This document shows positions 9,264-13,193 of a DNA stretch of 13,193 nt, piece after piece; within the stretch, counting starts at the first letter, position 1; each line of letters starts with the position of its first letter. The DNA is taken from NCBI GenBank assembly GCA_032128115.1, contig JAQBHB010000042.1:1-13193 (forward strand), in the 5' to 3' direction. Below the pieces are notes generated by a model. The model saw nothing but the letters and a program-made list of their open reading frames with translations, was not told where the DNA came from and did no database searches. The stretch is from Deltaproteobacteria bacterium (GTDB lineage Bacteria; Myxococcota_A; UBA9160; SMWR01). The position numbers and the translations under genes are program-made.

Positions 9264-9868
9264 AGTCACTGTCGGAGCTGGACTACTACGAAATCCTGGA
9301 GGTGTCGCGGGACGCATCACCCGGCGACATCGAGCGCGCCTACCGGCTCGCCCAGTCCACCTGGGCCGAGGACTCCCTGGCCGGCTACTCGGTCTTCGGC
9401 GAGGGTGACTCGGGGGTGGTTCGCGAGCGCGTCGAGTCCGCGTATCGGGTGCTTTCGAACCCGGCGTCGCGCAGCGCCTACACGGCTTCCCTCACCGGCG
9501 AAGAACTTCCCGTCCCTCAGGCCGCGGGATTCGCTCCCGCCGACGAGGTTCCCACGGGAGCCCTGGCCTCGGCCGACGAGTTCGGAGATCTCGAGGACGA
9601 CTCGCCCGACTTCAACGGTGCTCGTCTGCGTCGGGCGCGCATGCGCCTGGGGATGGAGATCGAGGAGATCGCCGCCATCACCAAGGTGAGTCCCATCTAC
9701 CTGCGCTGTCTGGAGCAGGAACGCTTCGAGGAGCTGCCGGCACCCGTCTACGTGCGTGGTTTCGTCATGGCCTACGCGAGCTGTGTGCGACTCGATGCGA
9801 CGCGGGTGGCCGCAAGCTACATGAAGCGCGTGGAGTCGGGTCGCCCGCGCGGTCTGTTCGCGCGGTAG
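9260..9868 (+). CDS. J-domain-like N-terminus (no HPD) fused to a RodZ-type (HTH_25/XRE-like) helix-turn-helix domain, 202 aa
   Basis: ATG 9260 overlaps the ATPase stop (ATGA), with GGAGG at 9249-9253. DYYEILEVSRDAS...IERAYR...AYRVLSNPASRSAY is a J-domain pattern. GARLRRAR...EIAAITKVSPIYLRCLE...LPAPVYVRGFVMAYA matches the RodZ cytoplasmic HTH pattern. Confidence 0.85.
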   Translation: MKSLSELDYYEILEVSRDASPGDIERAYRLAQSTWAEDSLAGYSVFGEGDSGVVRERVESAYRVLSNPASRSAYTASLTGEELPVPQAAGFAPADEVPTGALASADEFGDLEDDSPDFNGARLRRARMRLGMEIEEIAAITKVSPIYLRCLEQERFEELPAPVYVRGFVMAYASCVRLDATRVAASYMKRVESGRPRGLFAR

Positions 9869-9879
9869 CCCCGGCGGCG

Positions 9880-10830
9880 TTGTCCCGAGGCGCCGGCGAC
9901 GCAGCCCCCCGAGTCGTGTTCGTGATCGGCGAGGAGGAGGCGGGCGAACGCCTGGACCAGGCCCTGGCCTCCGCGTCGGGCATCTCACGCTCCCAGGCTC
10001 GGCGTTGGATCGAACAGGATCGTGTTCGCCTCGACGCCGCCAGCTGCCGGCCGGGCCGCCGCGTGCGGGTCGGTGAGCGGGTCGAAGCCGATCCTCCCGA
10101 GCCGTTGCCCTCTCCGCTCACTCCGGAACCGATCCCGCTGCACATCCTGCACGAGGACGCGGACCTGATCGTGGTGGACAAGCCGTCGGGCCTGGTGGTG
10201 CACCCGGCGCCGGGACACCCGGGCGGGACCCTGGTGAACGCGTTGCTCCATCACTGCTCCGACCTGGCGGGTGTGGGTGGTGTGCTGCGCCCCGGGATCG
10301 TGCACCGGCTCGATCGGGGCACGTCGGGGTTGTTGGTGGTGGCGAAGAACGACGCAGCCCACGTCTTCCTGTCGGCCCAGTTCCACGATCACAGCGTCGA
10401 TCGCATCTACCGCGCCCTGGTGCGCGGACTTCCCAGCGGTGACCAGGGCCGCGTGGATCGGCCCATCGGGCGCCACCGCAGCGATCGCAAGCGGATGTCG
10501 GTGCGGACCGCACACGGGCGCGAGGCGCATACGGCGTGGCGGGTGCTGCGCCGGTTTCCCGAGGCGGGCTACAGCTGGCTCGAGGTGTCGCCCGAAACCG
10601 GCCGCACCCACCAGATCCGGGTGCACCTGGCCTCGGCGGGACTTCCCATTGTCGGGGATCCCCTGTACGGGCGCGCCCGGCGCCACGACTCACTGGCCCT
10701 GGCGCATCCCGCCCTGCACGCCGCGGTGCTTGGTTTCGAGCACCCGAGTCGTCGCGAACGCCTGCGCTTCGAGTCCCCGCTTCCGGCGGATCTGGGGGCG
10801 CTGCTTGCCCGCCTCGAGGCGGCCACGTGA
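9880..10830 (+). CDS. rluD: RluA-family 23S rRNA pseudouridine synthase with S4 domain (RluD-like)
   Basis: ERLDQAL/SRSQ S4 domain, VVDKPSGLVVHPAPG, catalytic GIVHRLDRGTSGL, ETGRTHQIRVH, GDPLYG, LHA. Exact start uncertain (TTG 9880 or GTG 9916). Confidence 0.9.
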   Translation: MSRGAGDAAPRVVFVIGEEEAGERLDQALASASGISRSQARRWIEQDRVRLDAASCRPGRRVRVGERVEADPPEPLPSPLTPEPIPLHILHEDADLIVVDKPSGLVVHPAPGHPGGTLVNALLHHCSDLAGVGGVLRPGIVHRLDRGTSGLLVVAKNDAAHVFLSAQFHDHSVDRIYRALVRGLPSGDQGRVDRPIGRHRSDRKRMSVRTAHGREAHTAWRVLRRFPEAGYSWLEVSPETGRTHQIRVHLASAGLPIVGDPLYGRARRHDSLALAHPALHAAVLGFEHPSRRERLRFESPLPADLGALLARLEAAT

Positions 10831-11504
10831 CGCACTTGTGTCACGAACGGCTGCGCCACTGCGGTGTCGAGCACGGCTTCGGCCTGCGCGGGGCGCCCGA
10901 GCTCGAGCTGGCGCGGCCCCGCCAGGTCCACGGCATCGCGGTGGTGAGCGCGGCCGCCTGCGCCAGCGATCCGCCCCCGGTCGCCGACGCCGTCACTTCG
11001 GACTCGCCCGGCCGGCGCATCGGCGTGGTGACGGCAGACTGTGTCCCGATCCTGGCCGCGAGCGCAGACGGCAGCGCGGTGGCGGCGATCCACGCCGGTT
11101 GGCGCGGCCTGGCGGCCGGCGTGGTGGCCGCGGGGGTGGATGCCCTGGCGACCCTGGCGGGTCCCGGCGTGGCTCGGATCGCGGTGATCGGGCCGCATAT
11201 CGGGCCCTGCTGCTACGAGGTGGATGCACCGGTCCTCGAGGCCCTCGAGTCGCGATTCGCGGACGCCCTGGCTGCCGCCACCCACCCAGCCCGCCCCGGA
11301 CACGCAATGCTGGACCTGGGATGTCTGGTGCGCTGGGAGCTCGAAGCACACGGTATGGCTGCAGAATCGATCGACTCGTTTCCGGACGCCTGCACCGCGT
11401 GTCATCCCGAGCGCTTCCACTCCTTCCGCCGCGATGGCGAGCGCGCCGGCCGAATGCAGCACTACATTGCGGCCTGTGGTGTTCGACTCCCACGGGAGGC
11501 TTGA
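10827..11504 (+). CDS. pgeF: PgeF/YfiH (LACC1/FAMIN-like purine nucleoside phosphorylase family) protein
   Basis: GTG 10827 overlaps the rluD stop. Motifs QVHG, TADCVPIL, AAIHAGWRG, IGPHIGPCCYEV, CTAC...FHSFRR. Classic rluD-yfiH gene pair. Confidence 0.9.
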   Translation: MTHLCHERLRHCGVEHGFGLRGAPELELARPRQVHGIAVVSAAACASDPPPVADAVTSDSPGRRIGVVTADCVPILAASADGSAVAAIHAGWRGLAAGVVAAGVDALATLAGPGVARIAVIGPHIGPCCYEVDAPVLEALESRFADALAAATHPARPGHAMLDLGCLVRWELEAHGMAAESIDSFPDACTACHPERFHSFRRDGERAGRMQHYIAACGVRLPREA

Positions 11505-11529
11505 CACCGTGCGGAGACCGTCATAGGCT
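11501..11529 (+). promoter_or_regulatory. Sigma70-type promoter of rho, overlapping the pgeF stop codon
   Basis: Perfect TTGACA (11501-11506)-N17-TAGGCT (11524-11529). Confidence 0.75.
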
Positions 11530-11750
11530 CGTTTTCGTAGCTTTCGCTTCGCGGCCGATCGGGCCGCATCCCATCAGGGCTCCGGATTCGGCAACATCAG
11601 GCAACTGAAGCGCATTTTGTGGTCAACTTCCGGGCCTGAGCATCCGAACGAGAGGCTAGAGGCAGATACCCTTCGACCTCCACCCCTAGGACCGAGGCGC
11701 CCCCGCGCCCCGTAGCGGGAACCTCGCCACACCCGGCGGATGCCAACGGG

Positions 11751-11778
11751 CACAGGCCAGAGGCCACAGGCAAAAGGC
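11751..11778 (+). repeat. Imperfect 7-nt tandem repeat, 4 copies
   Basis: CACAGGC CAGAGGC CACAGGC AAAAGGC. Confidence 0.6.
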
Positions 11779-11831
11779 TCGGGCCCCGCGCATCGAAACG
11801 CCCGGATCCTTCCGAGCCGAAAACCCACACT

Positions 11832-11867
11832 ACCCGACTCCAGACCCGACCCCAGACCCGACCCAAT
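11832..11867 (+). repeat. 12-nt C-rich tandem repeat, 3 copies, in the rho leader (rut-like)
   Basis: ACCCGACTCCAG ACCCGACCCCAG ACCCGACCCAAT. Confidence 0.75.
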
Positions 11868-11893
11868 CGGGAAAAACAGGAAAGAGAGAATCC

Positions 11894-13193
<1,300 letters not shown>

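Noticed and set aside
10536..10826. Upstream extension of the pgeF ORF
   Set aside because: It lies within rluD; GTG 10827 coupled to the rluD stop is the better start.
11751..11867. Repeats as a CRISPR array
   Set aside because: The units are 7 and 12 nt, directly tandem with no spacers, and there are no cas genes.

Overview
GC-rich (about 70% by eye) bacterial core-genome window, probably Myxococcota/deltaproteobacterial (inference from gene content and order). Left arm on the minus strand: rne/rng-rplU-rpmA-obgE-proB-proA (proA truncated by the window edge). Right arm on the plus strand: selA, an HNH endonuclease, a MinD/FlhG-type ATPase, a J-like-domain + RodZ-type HTH protein, rluD, pgeF and rho (truncated). 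I found no mobile element, CRISPR array, tRNA or rRNA. Three things stand out. (1) A module of HNH nuclease, FlhG-like ATPase and HPD-less J-domain/soluble RodZ-HTH protein, apparently with its own promoter. (2) A roughly 400-nt multi-hairpin RNA upstream of rne/rng, overlapped in antisense by a candidate selA promoter. (3) A roughly 360-nt rho leader with a C-rich, 12-nt-periodic rut-like tract, ahead of a Rho with a charge-blocked N-terminal disordered extension.
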